A DNA stretch of 64,000 bases from Rickettsiales bacterium (lineage in GTDB: Bacteria > Pseudomonadota > Alphaproteobacteria > Rickettsiales > UBA8987): assembly GCA_965222525.1 (NCBI GenBank), contig OZ244955.1, positions 1,259,813 to 1,323,812 of the forward strand. Direction: 5' to 3'. This document shows, piece by piece, positions 17,522-27,482 of this stretch (positions are counted from its first letter, which is position 1; the number at the start of each line of letters is the position of its first letter). The position numbers were made by a program, and so were the translations under genes. The notes under the pieces are model-generated. The model saw nothing but the letters and a program-made list of their open reading frames with translations. It was not told the origin of the DNA and did not search any database.

Positions 17522-17686
17522 ATGAATGAATACAGTCTTTGGGCAGATTTGCTCAATAAATTCCACACTTCACCAGAATGGATACAGGTGTTATGGCTGC
17601 TAGCTGTGCCACTGCTTCTTTTTGGTCTCTGCTGGTGCATGAAAGAGGTGCTGGTTGCCTTCGCTCGACGGCGGCAATGGCAATGA
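17522..17686 (+). pseudogene. 3'-truncated copy of the small membrane protein gene
   Basis: Near-identical to the 5964 gene up to FARRR, then joins the antisense Cys-rich gene fragment. Confidence 0.75.
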
Positions 17687-18032
17687 CGATAATCGGCTTG
17701 CCGTCAATCAGTGACGGCCCGTTGAAAATCAGGCTTCCCGTCGTCTTGGCTGCCTTGCCGTTTGGCTTGGTAATTTCTTGATTGAACAGGTCTTTTTGCA
17801 TACACGCAAAAGTCACAGAAAAGCGTATCCCTGTCAATCTATTGTGAGATTACTTTCGTGATCTACGCCACGTCTACAGTTCTTGGTCTCTCGCCCGGTA
17901 CGAGCGAATGACACCAAGTTCATCCGGTTACGTTCCATGGCAAATGTTATCCGCCGTTTTCGAAGCCGTAGTGCGGGGTAAAGAGGTGGAACCCATGATA
18001 ACTGCTTGCAATGAATAAACATCCGGATCAGC
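17677..18032. repeat. Direct repeat of 14800-15155
   Basis: First ~210 bp almost identical (one mismatch seen); remainder clearly more diverged. Confidence 0.9.
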
Positions 18033-18187
18033 CCTGCGTTGATAGCATCCAGCATTTGTCGATACTCGACATTCTTAAGATCACGGTATTTCTTATAGGC
18101 ATTACGATCCTTCCATTTGTCTGTAATATGGCGGATATAATCATTATCTGGCCATTCTGGTTTAAGTTGCTTCTGTCTTCTGGCCAT
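17834..18187 (-). CDS. Basic hypothetical protein
   Basis: Open frame; pseudogenised paralog at 14957-15158. Confidence 0.5.
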   Translation of the reverse strand: MARRQKQLKPEWPDNDYIRHITDKWKDRNAYKKYRDLKNVEYRQMLDAINAGLIRMFIHCKQLSWVPPLYPALRLRKRRITFAMERNRMNLVSFARTGRETKNCRRGVDHESNLTID

Positions 18188-18199
18188 GTATGTAAACAC

Positions 18200-18490
18200 C
18201 TAATCTGATGGTAGTAATGCTTTTACTTTATTCCAAATTTCTTGTAGATGGGAAACGTCAAGCGTTTCTGATAAAAGAAATATTCCTAAGTAATGCTCAT
18301 AATGCAATGTGATGACATTATTATCAATTTTGTAATCAATATACATTTGATCGAGGTATGAATTAAGCTGTTCATAGTCATCTGGATCAACCATTTTACC
18401 GCCATAAGCTTCAATAGCCTGCATGACCTTCTGGCATTCTTTCTTAGTAATAGTATCGAAAATTTTTAGTTCAAACATTGATTGCTCCAT
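18200..18490 (-). CDS. Small acidic hypothetical protein
   Basis: 96 aa, AT-rich, ITLHYEHYLGIFL. Confidence 0.55.
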   Translation of the reverse strand: MEQSMFELKIFDTITKKECQKVMQAIEAYGGKMVDPDDYEQLNSYLDQMYIDYKIDNNVITLHYEHYLGIFLLSETLDVSHLQEIWNKVKALLPSD

Positions 18491-18526
18491 TAAAATAAAT
18501 CGCCACCGCCCGGCCTTTTAGCAGAA

Positions 18527-18982
18527 TCAATAATTTCTTCCCACGTTTTTCCGTTTCTTCTGAAATATTCTACTGTTGGTCCGTATTCCTTCCTCGTTGA
18601 AGGCAAAACCAGAAGCGATAATGCTATTATACACCTGTGTAATACCGGTTTCATTGGCGTGATCGGCGAATAACCTTCCGACCGCTTGCATGTTCGGAAA
18701 TGCCTGAGAGGCGGTTGGAAAATGATCGCGTGTTGTCAAGACAGCAGCAAAAGGAAGCACGAAATCTGTCTCAGCAATTCTTTGACGGAAATATGTTGAG
18801 TTTCGGTAATAGCGAGTGGCAATATCAATGTCTCTGACTTCCTTGCCGAGCAGTGCATCCCGCACACATCCACCGATAAACCGCGCCTGAACATCCTCAC
18901 CGCCATCATGCAGCGCATCCATAACCCGCACAGTCTCCACCGTACTCATCCACTCCTGCTGTTTTATTTTCTTGGGTTTCAT
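18527..18982 (-). pseudogene. cca: N-terminal fragment of CCA-adding enzyme fused to unrelated sequence
   Basis: ARFIGGCVRDALLGKEVRDIDIAT; similarity stops at ~18815. Confidence 0.75.
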
Positions 18983-19052
18983 GGCCTGATTCATAATTGG
19001 CCATCATACTAGAAGCATTTTGATAAAAATCAATGGTGAGGTGCTACTAAAC

Positions 19053-20042
19053 TTAAGCGGCTATACCATCTGATATTTGTGAAACATTACTACGAAACCT
19101 GATTTTACTCACATCGTTTAAGGGCGTCTCACAAAACAAAACACCACTATCTGTACAGTGTATACCTATTTCAACTTCAGGACCAACAAAGTCTATACCA
19201 CTAAAGTTTTTGATGTTGCCAATATCTTGCTTATTATTTGCTGGAGGCATGAAGGACAAGAGTAATCTACCATTATGTCTACGGACATTGGGACGAAACG
19301 CCCCTATGGGTTCTTTTTTTACAAAAAAACCTGCTTTAGCATTACCATTTTCATCGAGCATTTCTGTACCAACTTTGTGACTTTTGTTTTTTATCAAAGC
19401 TTTCATTTCATCAACATCAAACTCTACTTTTATGAGTAAATCCTGCACACCGGCATCAAGTTTAATTTGATTATTACCGTTTTTCAACTTTCCGTTTTTA
19501 GTTGTCCACAACATTCTGAATTCATCCTGTTTTTCATATTTTTTAGGCTTAACAAAGGCAGCTTCGAGAGGGTTACCTTGTATATCGTCAATAATGGAAT
19601 GGTGCTCTGTATTTGCGATGTCTAGTTCCCGACCGGTATATCGGCATTCTTTAGAATTTTCATATTTCAAATCTTGTATTGCACTCGATACACGGCGTGC
19701 AAATTCTTCAACATCGGTAATCAAAAGGCAGCTATCATTTTCTTTTTCAGTTTTTCTTTCAGTTATTGCCCACTCTAATGACTCAGAATAGAAACTTCTT
19801 GTACAACAAAATACGAATGCATCTGCTATACCATCCAGCCTTGAAACATCTATCGTCTCCACACCATTCTGCAGGTTAAGTGTGACCTTTCCCTCTCCTG
19901 CATCATAAGTAGTTCCCTCATACTTTGCTTTTCTAAAATCACTTATCTCGGTTATACAAACCTTGCCGCTTTCAAGCATTGATTTGGCATATTCACTTTT
20001 TAAGAACTTAAATGCAGAGATGTTTTTCGATGTGTTTGTCAT
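19053..20042 (-). CDS. Hypothetical protein (AT-rich accessory gene)
   Basis: 329 aa, AAAGGAG RBS; AFVFCCT, FVKPKKYEKQDEFRMLW. Confidence 0.65.
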   Translation of the reverse strand: MTNTSKNISAFKFLKSEYAKSMLESGKVCITEISDFRKAKYEGTTYDAGEGKVTLNLQNGVETIDVSRLDGIADAFVFCCTRSFYSESLEWAITERKTEKENDSCLLITDVEEFARRVSSAIQDLKYENSKECRYTGRELDIANTEHHSIIDDIQGNPLEAAFVKPKKYEKQDEFRMLWTTKNGKLKNGNNQIKLDAGVQDLLIKVEFDVDEMKALIKNKSHKVGTEMLDENGNAKAGFFVKKEPIGAFRPNVRRHNGRLLLSFMPPANNKQDIGNIKNFSGIDFVGPEVEIGIHCTDSGVLFCETPLNDVSKIRFRSNVSQISDGIAA

Positions 20043-20242
20043 AACTTGTACTCCTTTACAAAATGCGTTTCACTACAGGATATGGGTTGCACATTGCCAC
20101 CTATAAATCAACTAAAATAGGAAAATATGGTACAACACAAATTATATATAAGGGCTCAAACGGCGTGACTGTGGTTGTAGAAACACAAGGACGAAATGCT
20201 GGTAAAATCATCACTTTCTGGTGTCATTGATATGAGGAAAAT

Positions 20243-20521
20243 ATGAAAAATATCGTAAGCGTTATAGAACAAATCCTGATTGTAGAAGATATAGAGGGTT
20301 ATATCGAGATTGGTGCCCCAGGCGATGAATATGAAGATGAGGCGGTACAAATTGGCGCCGCTATATCATTGCTGGATAGTGAGCAGTTAAATTATGAGAA
20401 CATACTATCAATCGTGGCTCTGGTATGGGCAAAATCCTTTAATCTTTCCGGAGAAGATATTGCTTTAAGACGGGAGGCACTGGAGCGTGTAGCAGCGGAG
20501 GTTTTAGAAAGGGTTGGTTGA
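20243..20521 (+). CDS. Small acidic protein (DUF1871/YugE-like)
   Basis: GAPGDEYEDEA motif, GAGG RBS. Confidence 0.5.
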   Translation: MKNIVSVIEQILIVEDIEGYIEIGAPGDEYEDEAVQIGAAISLLDSEQLNYENILSIVALVWAKSFNLSGEDIALRREALERVAAEVLERVG

Positions 20522-20571
20522 AACAGGATGACAAAACCTTCCTTGACCGACCTCAATAACCTTCATAGATT

Positions 20572-21933
20572 GTGCATATGGACAAGCGGGTGGAACATGC
20601 GATTTCGGAGATGGGGAATATCGCCGATTTTCATATATATGGCAGCGTTACCAGCGTACATGGTCTGCTGATAGAATGTTCGGGTCTGCATCATGTGGTT
20701 TCGGTAGGCTCACGCTGTAATATAATTCCGCGGGTTATCACCGGCAGCAAGCGGGATAAGGGGATACTGGCGGAGGTTGTTGGGCTGCGCGATGACCGTA
20801 CCCTGCTTATGCCGTTTGGCGGTCTGGAGGGAATCGGGATTGGCTGCAAGGTGCTTCTGGATAAGGAGCATTCGGCGATTTATCCTGATGTGAGCTGGCT
20901 TGGCAGGGTGGTGAATGCACTGGGTGATCCGGTTGACGACAGGGGAGCTTTGTTGCAGGGTGAGCGGTCATATCCCTTCAAGGCACAGCCGCCACCGGCG
21001 CATAGTCGCAATCCGGTTGAGGACAAGATTGACCTTGGCGTACGAGCGATTAACACCTTCACCACCTGCTGCAAGGGGCAGCGTATGGGGGTTTTTGCCG
21101 GCTCCGGAGTTGGCAAGTCGATGCTGGTTGCGATGCTTACCAAATTTTCTGCGGCGGAAGTGAAGGTTATCGGTCTTGTCGGCGAGCGCGGACGTGAGGT
21201 ACATGAATTTATCCACCATTATCTTGGCGAGGATGGGATGAAATCGGCGGTTATTATCGTTGCGACTTCTGATGAATCGGCACTTATGCGTCGGCAGGCG
21301 GCCTATATGACACTGGCGGTAGCTGAGTATTTCCGTGATATCGGCAAGGATGTTTTATGCCTGATGGATTCGGTTACCCGCTTTGCGATGGCGCAGCGTG
21401 AGATTGGGTTATCGGCGGGCGAGCCTCCTGCGACCAAGGGCTATACCCCGACGGTATTTGTTGAACTGCCGAAATTACTTGAGCGTGCCGGTCCTGGGAC
21501 GGGGCAGGGGAGTATCACCGGCCTGTTTACCGTACTTGTTGAGGGCGATGACCATAACGAGCCGATTTCCGATGCGGTACGGGGGATTCTGGACGGGCAT
21601 ATTGTGCTTGACCGTATGATTGCCGACCGTGGTCGTTTTCCTGCGATTAACATATTGCGCAGCGTTTCACGTACGATGCCGGCGTGTAATACGAAGGAGG
21701 AGAATGAGCTGGTTGGACGAGCGCGCAGGCTGCTTGCGACTTACGACGATATGGCCGAGATGATTCGGCTTGGTGCATATCGCCGCGGGTCGGACAAGGA
21801 TGTCGATGAGGCGATACATTATTTCGAGCATCTGGAGAATTTTTTAAAGCAGGAACCGGATGAATCCACTGATCTGGAAACCGGATATGACATGTTGACA
21901 AATTTATTGGGAGGCAAGGGTGATGGTGGGTGA
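20572..21933 (+). CDS. fliI: Flagellar export ATPase FliI
   Basis: GQRMGVFAGSGVGKS, GERGREV, DSVTRFAMAQRE, LLERAG. Confidence 0.95.
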   Translation: MHMDKRVEHAISEMGNIADFHIYGSVTSVHGLLIECSGLHHVVSVGSRCNIIPRVITGSKRDKGILAEVVGLRDDRTLLMPFGGLEGIGIGCKVLLDKEHSAIYPDVSWLGRVVNALGDPVDDRGALLQGERSYPFKAQPPPAHSRNPVEDKIDLGVRAINTFTTCCKGQRMGVFAGSGVGKSMLVAMLTKFSAAEVKVIGLVGERGREVHEFIHHYLGEDGMKSAVIIVATSDESALMRRQAAYMTLAVAEYFRDIGKDVLCLMDSVTRFAMAQREIGLSAGEPPATKGYTPTVFVELPKLLERAGPGTGQGSITGLFTVLVEGDDHNEPISDAVRGILDGHIVLDRMIADRGRFPAINILRSVSRTMPACNTKEENELVGRARRLLATYDDMAEMIRLGAYRRGSDKDVDEAIHYFEHLENFLKQEPDESTDLETGYDMLTNLLGGKGDGG

Positions 21934-22000
21934 TGGGTGGTAAGTGTTGAGTGGGTAGTGCTGAGTTAGTTGTCAGTTATCAGATATCAGTTGTCAGTGT
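21915..22000 (+). repeat. Degenerate ~7-bp tandem repeats
   Basis: GTTGTCA GTTATCA GATATCA GTTGTCA, preceded by GTGATGG-type units. Confidence 0.6.
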
Positions 22001-22024
22001 TATGTGTGGCAGGTAATAATGGGT

Positions 22025-23095
22025 CTAAAATACTTTTTGCCTATTCTTATTAACCTCTGCCTCTCTGGCTAACTCAATACCCTTGGAAATCTCAAAAGTT
22101 CTATTACCAAGATATTTTTCTACAATTTTATCAGAGACTGATAAATCTTCCTCAGAAGCTCGTACTAATGCTAACTCAGCCTGTCCCATCCATTCCGCAG
22201 ATTTTTCGATAGGAGTGGAAGCATCATTTCCTTTTATTCTTAAGGCAGTAAGATTCTTTGCTGCAACTACTCCTTCCTGTACATCCTCAGAAATAGATGG
22301 ATTCTTATTGGCAAGAAGAACTATCAGTTTGCCTAGATTTGCCGCTGCTGCGCCTGCTTCATCACGAGTAATATTTTTTGATATATCATTTACCTCTTCA
22401 TTATTACCCCAATGTGGTTTCATCCACTCAGGCAAATCAAGAGTTTTCTTTTCAACAGTTAATGTCTGCATATCATTGACGGCAGCTTGAGCCATCAATA
22501 CTGATTGTTGACGCAAACCTTCTTCAACAACTTCCGTAGTTGTATGTTCTCGTAATACTGCTATTTCACCAGCAAATTTACCTTTATACTGTTCATCCTT
22601 TAGGTGAGCTAAAACATCATCTTTTTGCTCTTTTGTGATGTCATTGTTGTTTTCAAGAATAGCTAGAATTTGTGGGACACTAGCTAGTTCAGATTTAGCT
22701 TTTTCTGATTTACCTCTATCTCGTATGCTTGTTTTTATAACACTGATTGCTTTTTCCACGGATAGATCAGATAAATCTTTAATATTACCGTTTTCGGTAA
22801 GGATACCTATTTCGGTTGCGTTACCGGAAGGTTTTATAGAAGTTTGAACTGTTTTTCCTGCTTTCGCTATTCCATCAGCAATTCTTTCAAAGTCACCTAT
22901 GCCCAAACCTTCAATTGGTTTTATTTTAATTACAAAGTCTGTTATTAACGATTTCGGTGAACTATCCACTGTAACGTCACCTTTTTTAAAGCTAATACTT
23001 GCCAATTTGGTAGATGCAAGAAACGTAGTAATTTGTTGTGTTTTATCAATAAGTCTTTGCTCTTCTGCTGTTGGTTCTTTGTCAAATAGTCCCAT
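22025..23095 (-). CDS. Hypothetical low-GC protein
   Basis: 356 aa, GGAG RBS, basic C-terminus; no family recognised. Confidence 0.7.
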   Translation of the reverse strand: MGLFDKEPTAEEQRLIDKTQQITTFLASTKLASISFKKGDVTVDSSPKSLITDFVIKIKPIEGLGIGDFERIADGIAKAGKTVQTSIKPSGNATEIGILTENGNIKDLSDLSVEKAISVIKTSIRDRGKSEKAKSELASVPQILAILENNNDITKEQKDDVLAHLKDEQYKGKFAGEIAVLREHTTTEVVEEGLRQQSVLMAQAAVNDMQTLTVEKKTLDLPEWMKPHWGNNEEVNDISKNITRDEAGAAAANLGKLIVLLANKNPSISEDVQEGVVAAKNLTALRIKGNDASTPIEKSAEWMGQAELALVRASEEDLSVSDKIVEKYLGNRTFEISKGIELAREAEVNKNRQKVF

Positions 23096-23452
23096 GATTT
23101 AACTCCGTTGGTTATGCTTTCTTCTCAAAAGCGATAACACTATACCAGAGAAATGTTACAGTTGTGTTAAGGTTTTTGAAAAAAATTGCATTTTTTTCAA
23201 AAAATTTCCCTCCCCCGCAAATAACCCTTATATATCAACCATATAATCCCACAAAAAATTCCAACATTTTTTCTTTTTTTCATCCCGAACCCCATATTCC
23301 CCTCAAATATTCGATTTTCCCATCCTGCAAATCCTTCTGATAAGCCTAATATAACATGTTGACAAGTATTCTAAGAGGTGTAAAAGCAGGCCGCAATAAA
23401 TGCAAAATTGTGGTAATATGGTTGTTCGTAATTTTACAAAATTCCTATTGCA

Positions 23453-23471
23453 ATTGCGAATGACTTGCACT
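23453..23471 (+). promoter_or_regulatory. Putative alphaproteobacterial Fur/Mur box
   Basis: ATTGCGAATGACTTGCACT, an imperfect TGCRA-N5-TYGCA palindrome ~50 bp before the porin. Confidence 0.55.
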
Positions 23472-23518
23472 AACAGTGCGTTTATATCTATTCCAACCCT
23501 TCAATTCAGGAGACAAAA

Positions 23519-24940
23519 ATGAAGAAATTTCTACTTACAACTGCGGTGGCGGGAGTAATTTCGTTTACGCATATGGGGCAGGCTTTTGCCGGTGGTGAGG
23601 ATGGTGCCGAGCCTTCAATAGAAGACCTGCAGGCACAAGTCAAGGCTTTGACAAAACAGGTTGAGGCGCTTACGGCAATAGTCGAAAAGCAGGGCAGCGA
23701 ACTTAACCAGCAGAATGCACAGATTTCCAACCAGGGCGAAAAAATCGCACAGCAGGAGGCGGATTTCAGCAAGTTGAGCAATCTTGCGCCGGCCGGCGGT
23801 ACTGGCAGCAGCGGGTTGGGTGATGTCAAAATCAGTATGAAACCGGGCCCGAAAATCGAATCACATGACGGCAAATATTCATTTCAGCCATTCGGCAGGC
23901 TCCACATAGATTTCGGCGCATTCAGCGATGATGTAACCGACCATCCGGATGGTGCAAATTTCCGCCGTGCCCGCCTCGGATTCAAGGGGAAAGTCGCAGA
24001 AGACTGGGGCTATAAGGCACAGTTTGATTTTGCCAAGGAAGGTGTTGCATTCAAGGATGTCTATATTTCATATGACGGGTTTGATGCCGGCACTGTAAAA
24101 GTCGGGCATTTCAAACCGTCATTCAGTCTGGAAAACCTTACCAGCGCCAATTATATCACTTTCATAGAGCGTGCTGCGCCGGTCTCTTTCGCACAGAGCG
24201 AGCAAATCGGTATCGGGTTTAACACCGGCGGAGATAACTGGTCAGCCGGAGTCGGTGTGTTTAACGATGATGCCGGAGTAGTCGGAAGTGATGATGAAAT
24301 GTGGTCATTTGTTGGTCGCGGTACATTTGCCCCGATGGTGGAAGATAACAAGGTTGTGCATCTTGGTGCTGCGGTAAGTCATCGCCTGCCGAATGGAGGC
24401 GGGTCGGTTACGTTTAGCAGCGCAGCGGAAAACGGCCTGCAAACTACCAAGTCGGTCAGTACCGGAGCGATTACCGCCGATAGCGCAACGATCTACGGGC
24501 TTGAAGCAGCCGGTGTTTACGGGCCGTTCTCGCTGCAAGGTGAGTATATGATGGCGGATGTTGACCGTCCTGCGGCTGCCGATGCCGATTTCAGCGGTTG
24601 GTACGGTTATGCGTCATACTTCCTCACCGGCGAATCACGGCCATATAAGGCTAGTGCTGGTAAGTTTGGCCGGGTGAAGCCGAAAAATCCGCTTGACCCT
24701 GCCAATGGCGGATGGGGTGCGTTTGAGGTGGCAGTCCGTGCCAGCAACCTGGATCTGAATGATTCGGGAGCGGGTATAACCGGCGGTGAGATGGATAACT
24801 ATACTGCCGCGCTTAACTGGTATTTCAATGATTATGTAAGGCTGATGTTCAACTATATCAAGGTTGATACTGACTCCAATGCACCTGTAGCGAACGACGA
24901 TCCGGACATATTCCTCGTCCGCGCCCAGGTTAATTTTTAG
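23519..24940 (+). CDS. OprO/OprP-family porin
   Basis: Signal peptide, coiled coil, FRRARLG, GESRPY, GGWGAFEVAVR, C-terminal Phe. Confidence 0.9.
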   Translation: MKKFLLTTAVAGVISFTHMGQAFAGGEDGAEPSIEDLQAQVKALTKQVEALTAIVEKQGSELNQQNAQISNQGEKIAQQEADFSKLSNLAPAGGTGSSGLGDVKISMKPGPKIESHDGKYSFQPFGRLHIDFGAFSDDVTDHPDGANFRRARLGFKGKVAEDWGYKAQFDFAKEGVAFKDVYISYDGFDAGTVKVGHFKPSFSLENLTSANYITFIERAAPVSFAQSEQIGIGFNTGGDNWSAGVGVFNDDAGVVGSDDEMWSFVGRGTFAPMVEDNKVVHLGAAVSHRLPNGGGSVTFSSAAENGLQTTKSVSTGAITADSATIYGLEAAGVYGPFSLQGEYMMADVDRPAAADADFSGWYGYASYFLTGESRPYKASAGKFGRVKPKNPLDPANGGWGAFEVAVRASNLDLNDSGAGITGGEMDNYTAALNWYFNDYVRLMFNYIKVDTDSNAPVANDDPDIFLVRAQVNF

Positions 24941-24955
24941 TGGCGCTTAAGAGCT

Positions 24956-25120
24956 ACGTGTCTACCGCTCCCCCCTTGAGGGGGAGCAGATGAGACAAGG
25001 GCTTTAGCCCGCAGTCGAGTCGTGGGGGTACTGATAACTGTTACTCCCCCCACCAATCGCCCGCACCCCTACGGGGTTTGGCTCTTGTACTCCCCCTCAA
25101 GGGGGGAGTGGTGGTCACGT
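24956..25120. repeat. Palindromic repeat family A, copy 1
   Basis: CTCCCCCCTTGAGGGGGAG...CTCCCCCTCAAGGGGGGAG; other copies at 57945 and 58833. Confidence 0.9.
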
Positions 25121-26424
25121 TATACTGAACTTCCAACCTCCTGCATTAAATCGGTAAAACCGGGAAAGCTGGTGTTTATCATTGAAGCATCGTCGATTGT
25201 CACAGGATTTTCCGAGGCGCAGCCCATAATTAAAAATGACATGGCAATACGGTGATCCATATGGGTTTTGACCGTGCCGCCACCTTTAACTTTGCCGTCT
25301 TCTCCCTGAACTGTCAGGGAATCATCGGTTGTGTAGTGCTTAACCCCACAAACCGTCAAACCGCTGGAAATAGCCGCAAGCCGATCACTTTCCTTAACCC
25401 GTAATTCTCCTAACCCTTGCATAATTGTTTCACCTTCAGCAAAAGCAGCGGCTACACTCAAGATCGGGTATTCATCAATCATCGATGGTACCCTTTCCGC
25501 AGGTACATTTATCCCGTGTAACTGTGAATATGCGGCCTTTATATCGGCAATCTGTTCACCGGCTTCTTCCCTTATATTGCTAAATTTAAGCCTTGCACCC
25601 ATCTCGCGCAATGTTTCATACAGGCCGGTACGCAGTGGGTTTATGCAAACATTACTTACGGTCAGTTGCGAATCAGGGGTAATGAGTGCTGCTACTATCG
25701 GAAATGCAGCAGAGGACGGGTCGGCAGGTACATTTATATCCCTTGCCGATAACTCCGGCTGACCGGTAATCGTTATCTCTCGTCCATTATCGCTATCATT
25801 AACCACAATTTCTGCACCAAGATATTTGAGCATCAGTTCGGTATGGTCACGGGTTTTTTCGCGCTCAATTACAGTAGTCTTCCCCGGAATATTAAGAGCT
25901 GCAAGCAATATAGCCGACTTTACCTGCGCAGAGGCAACAGGTAATTCATAGCGTATCGGAACCATATCGGAATTGCCGAGAATTTCTATCGGCAGGCGGT
26001 TACCTTCTTCCGCAGAAAACTCAGCACCCATACGGGAAAGCGGAGCTGTCACACGACCCATAGGTCGCTTTTGCAGGCTTTCATCGCCGGTAAATTTCGT
26101 CGGAAAATTATACGGTGCAACCAATCCCATAAGCAGCCTGACACCGGTGCCGGAATTGCCCATGTCAAGCACATTATCCGGTTGCGATAACCCGCCGGCT
26201 CCGACCCCGTCGACAATCCATATATCCCCACTCTTTTTAACAGCAACTCCAAGCAATTGCAGGGCTTTTGCGGTATTCAATACATCCTCACCCTCAAGCA
26301 GACCGGAAATATGGCAGCGCCCGACCGTCTGGGAAGCCAGTATCAGAGCACGGTGCGAGACCGACTTGTCACCGGGAACGGTAATCTCACCACTTATCAT
26401 TTTACTTTTTGAGGAGGTTAGCAC
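25120..26424 (-). CDS. aroA: 3-phosphoshikimate 1-carboxyvinyltransferase
   Basis: PGDKSVSHRA, GNSGT, SAQVKS, RVKESDR, DHRIAM. Confidence 0.97.
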   Translation of the reverse strand: MLTSSKSKMISGEITVPGDKSVSHRALILASQTVGRCHISGLLEGEDVLNTAKALQLLGVAVKKSGDIWIVDGVGAGGLSQPDNVLDMGNSGTGVRLLMGLVAPYNFPTKFTGDESLQKRPMGRVTAPLSRMGAEFSAEEGNRLPIEILGNSDMVPIRYELPVASAQVKSAILLAALNIPGKTTVIEREKTRDHTELMLKYLGAEIVVNDSDNGREITITGQPELSARDINVPADPSSAAFPIVAALITPDSQLTVSNVCINPLRTGLYETLREMGARLKFSNIREEAGEQIADIKAAYSQLHGINVPAERVPSMIDEYPILSVAAAFAEGETIMQGLGELRVKESDRLAAISSGLTVCGVKHYTTDDSLTVQGEDGKVKGGGTVKTHMDHRIAMSFLIMGCASENPVTIDDASMINTSFPGFTDLMQEVGSSV

Positions 26425-26717
26425 TATTCCTGAAGTATAGCTATATCCTGACGACCTAATATTCTCATAATCTCGACGGTACCATTACTATCAATGCGAT
26501 AATAAATACCATCAACGCCGCACACACTGCGACGATAACCTATACGAATATGATCGACGGACTGATAAAAATACGGATTTTCCGCTATCTGTTCAAAACG
26601 GTCAAAAAAAGCCTGTAAATATTTGTCCGCCTGTGCCTCGCCATACTTACTAACGCCATGCAGCCAGATGCGGTACAGATCATCTTCTGCATAGGAAGAA
26701 AGTTTATAGGTTCCCAT
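26424..26717 (-). CDS. parE: ParE/RelE-family toxin
   Basis: YKLSSYAEDDLYRIW..G...G..QADKY...IRIGYRR...IYYR...EIMRIL. Confidence 0.88.
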   Translation of the reverse strand: MGTYKLSSYAEDDLYRIWLHGVSKYGEAQADKYLQAFFDRFEQIAENPYFYQSVDHIRIGYRRSVCGVDGIYYRIDSNGTVEIMRILGRQDIAILQE

Positions 26718-26952
26718 CACGTCCCGCCTGTTCCTTGAAACCGGCAAGAATCTCGGTAGGTGTCTTGTCTATAAATCCGCTCTGCTCAGCCTCAATAAGC
26801 CTTTGCCGGATAAATTCCATTTCATTCTGCCTTGCACGAGCATGACGTATCAGGTCATTAACGACCTCGCTTTTACTGGCATATTCCTTGCTCTCCACCT
26901 GTTGATTCAGCCAGTCAGCATTGGGTTCTGTAAAAGAAATACTTTGCCTCAT
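26704..26952 (-). CDS. parD: Ribbon-helix-helix antitoxin (ParD/CopG-like)
   Basis: RQSISFT...QVESKEYASKSEVVNDLIR; overlaps the toxin gene. Confidence 0.85.
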   Translation of the reverse strand: MRQSISFTEPNADWLNQQVESKEYASKSEVVNDLIRHARARQNEMEFIRQRLIEAEQSGFIDKTPTEILAGFKEQAGRDGNL

Positions 26953-27037
26953 AACATCCCTCCGCATTGATATCCTATGGTGCAATAATACACCATAACT
27001 GCACCAAATAAAAGCCTTAATTATACAGGCAGTTAAT

Positions 27038-27451
27038 TCAAGAACTATTCCTCACCGCATCTATCATCGTCTCAGATAACATCTTATATGCTGCTACCCA
27101 GGCTTCCTTTACTTCAGGTGTAAAAGCATTTCCCATAGTCTTTTCCAGCGCCATGATAAGCGCCTGTCCAACAGGGACATAATGCTCTTCCTTAACCCCG
27201 TACGCCACATGACGAAGTGCCATATTTTCAATGCTTTCCTGCATTCCGCTACTGCCGTCAAAGGACATTACAACCATTTGCAGTGACACCATAAGCTTGC
27301 GCTTCTGCTCATCCATACTGCTTTTGAATAGTGGTTTTACTTCCGGTGCTATCTCGAACAGAGCATCATAAAAATCATTTGCTATCTTATCGGATTTTTC
27401 GGAATGTTCACTGAAGCTGTCTCTGACAATTTTCTTTTGCTCTGGTGTCAT
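27038..27451 (-). CDS. Single-domain globin
   Basis: FYDALFEIAPEVKPLF, RHVAYGVKEEHY, EAWVAAY. Confidence 0.9.
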   Translation of the reverse strand: MTPEQKKIVRDSFSEHSEKSDKIANDFYDALFEIAPEVKPLFKSSMDEQKRKLMVSLQMVVMSFDGSSGMQESIENMALRHVAYGVKEEHYVPVGQALIMALEKTMGNAFTPEVKEAWVAAYKMLSETMIDAVRNSS

Positions 27452-27482
27452 AGTCGATCACTGTATTGTTACAAGATACCCT

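Larger units (their letters stand above)
15204..18200. mobile_element. Internally deleted remnant of a related element (B); right end uncertain
   Basis: Repeats the leader RNA and membrane gene 5' part, fused directly to the 5' part of the Cys-rich gene and the following ORF. Confidence 0.7.

Noticed and set aside
18200-20570. Second tRNA-derived att site closing element B
   Set aside because: No GTTCGAATC or matching 3' tRNA segment seen; the right boundary is left undefined.
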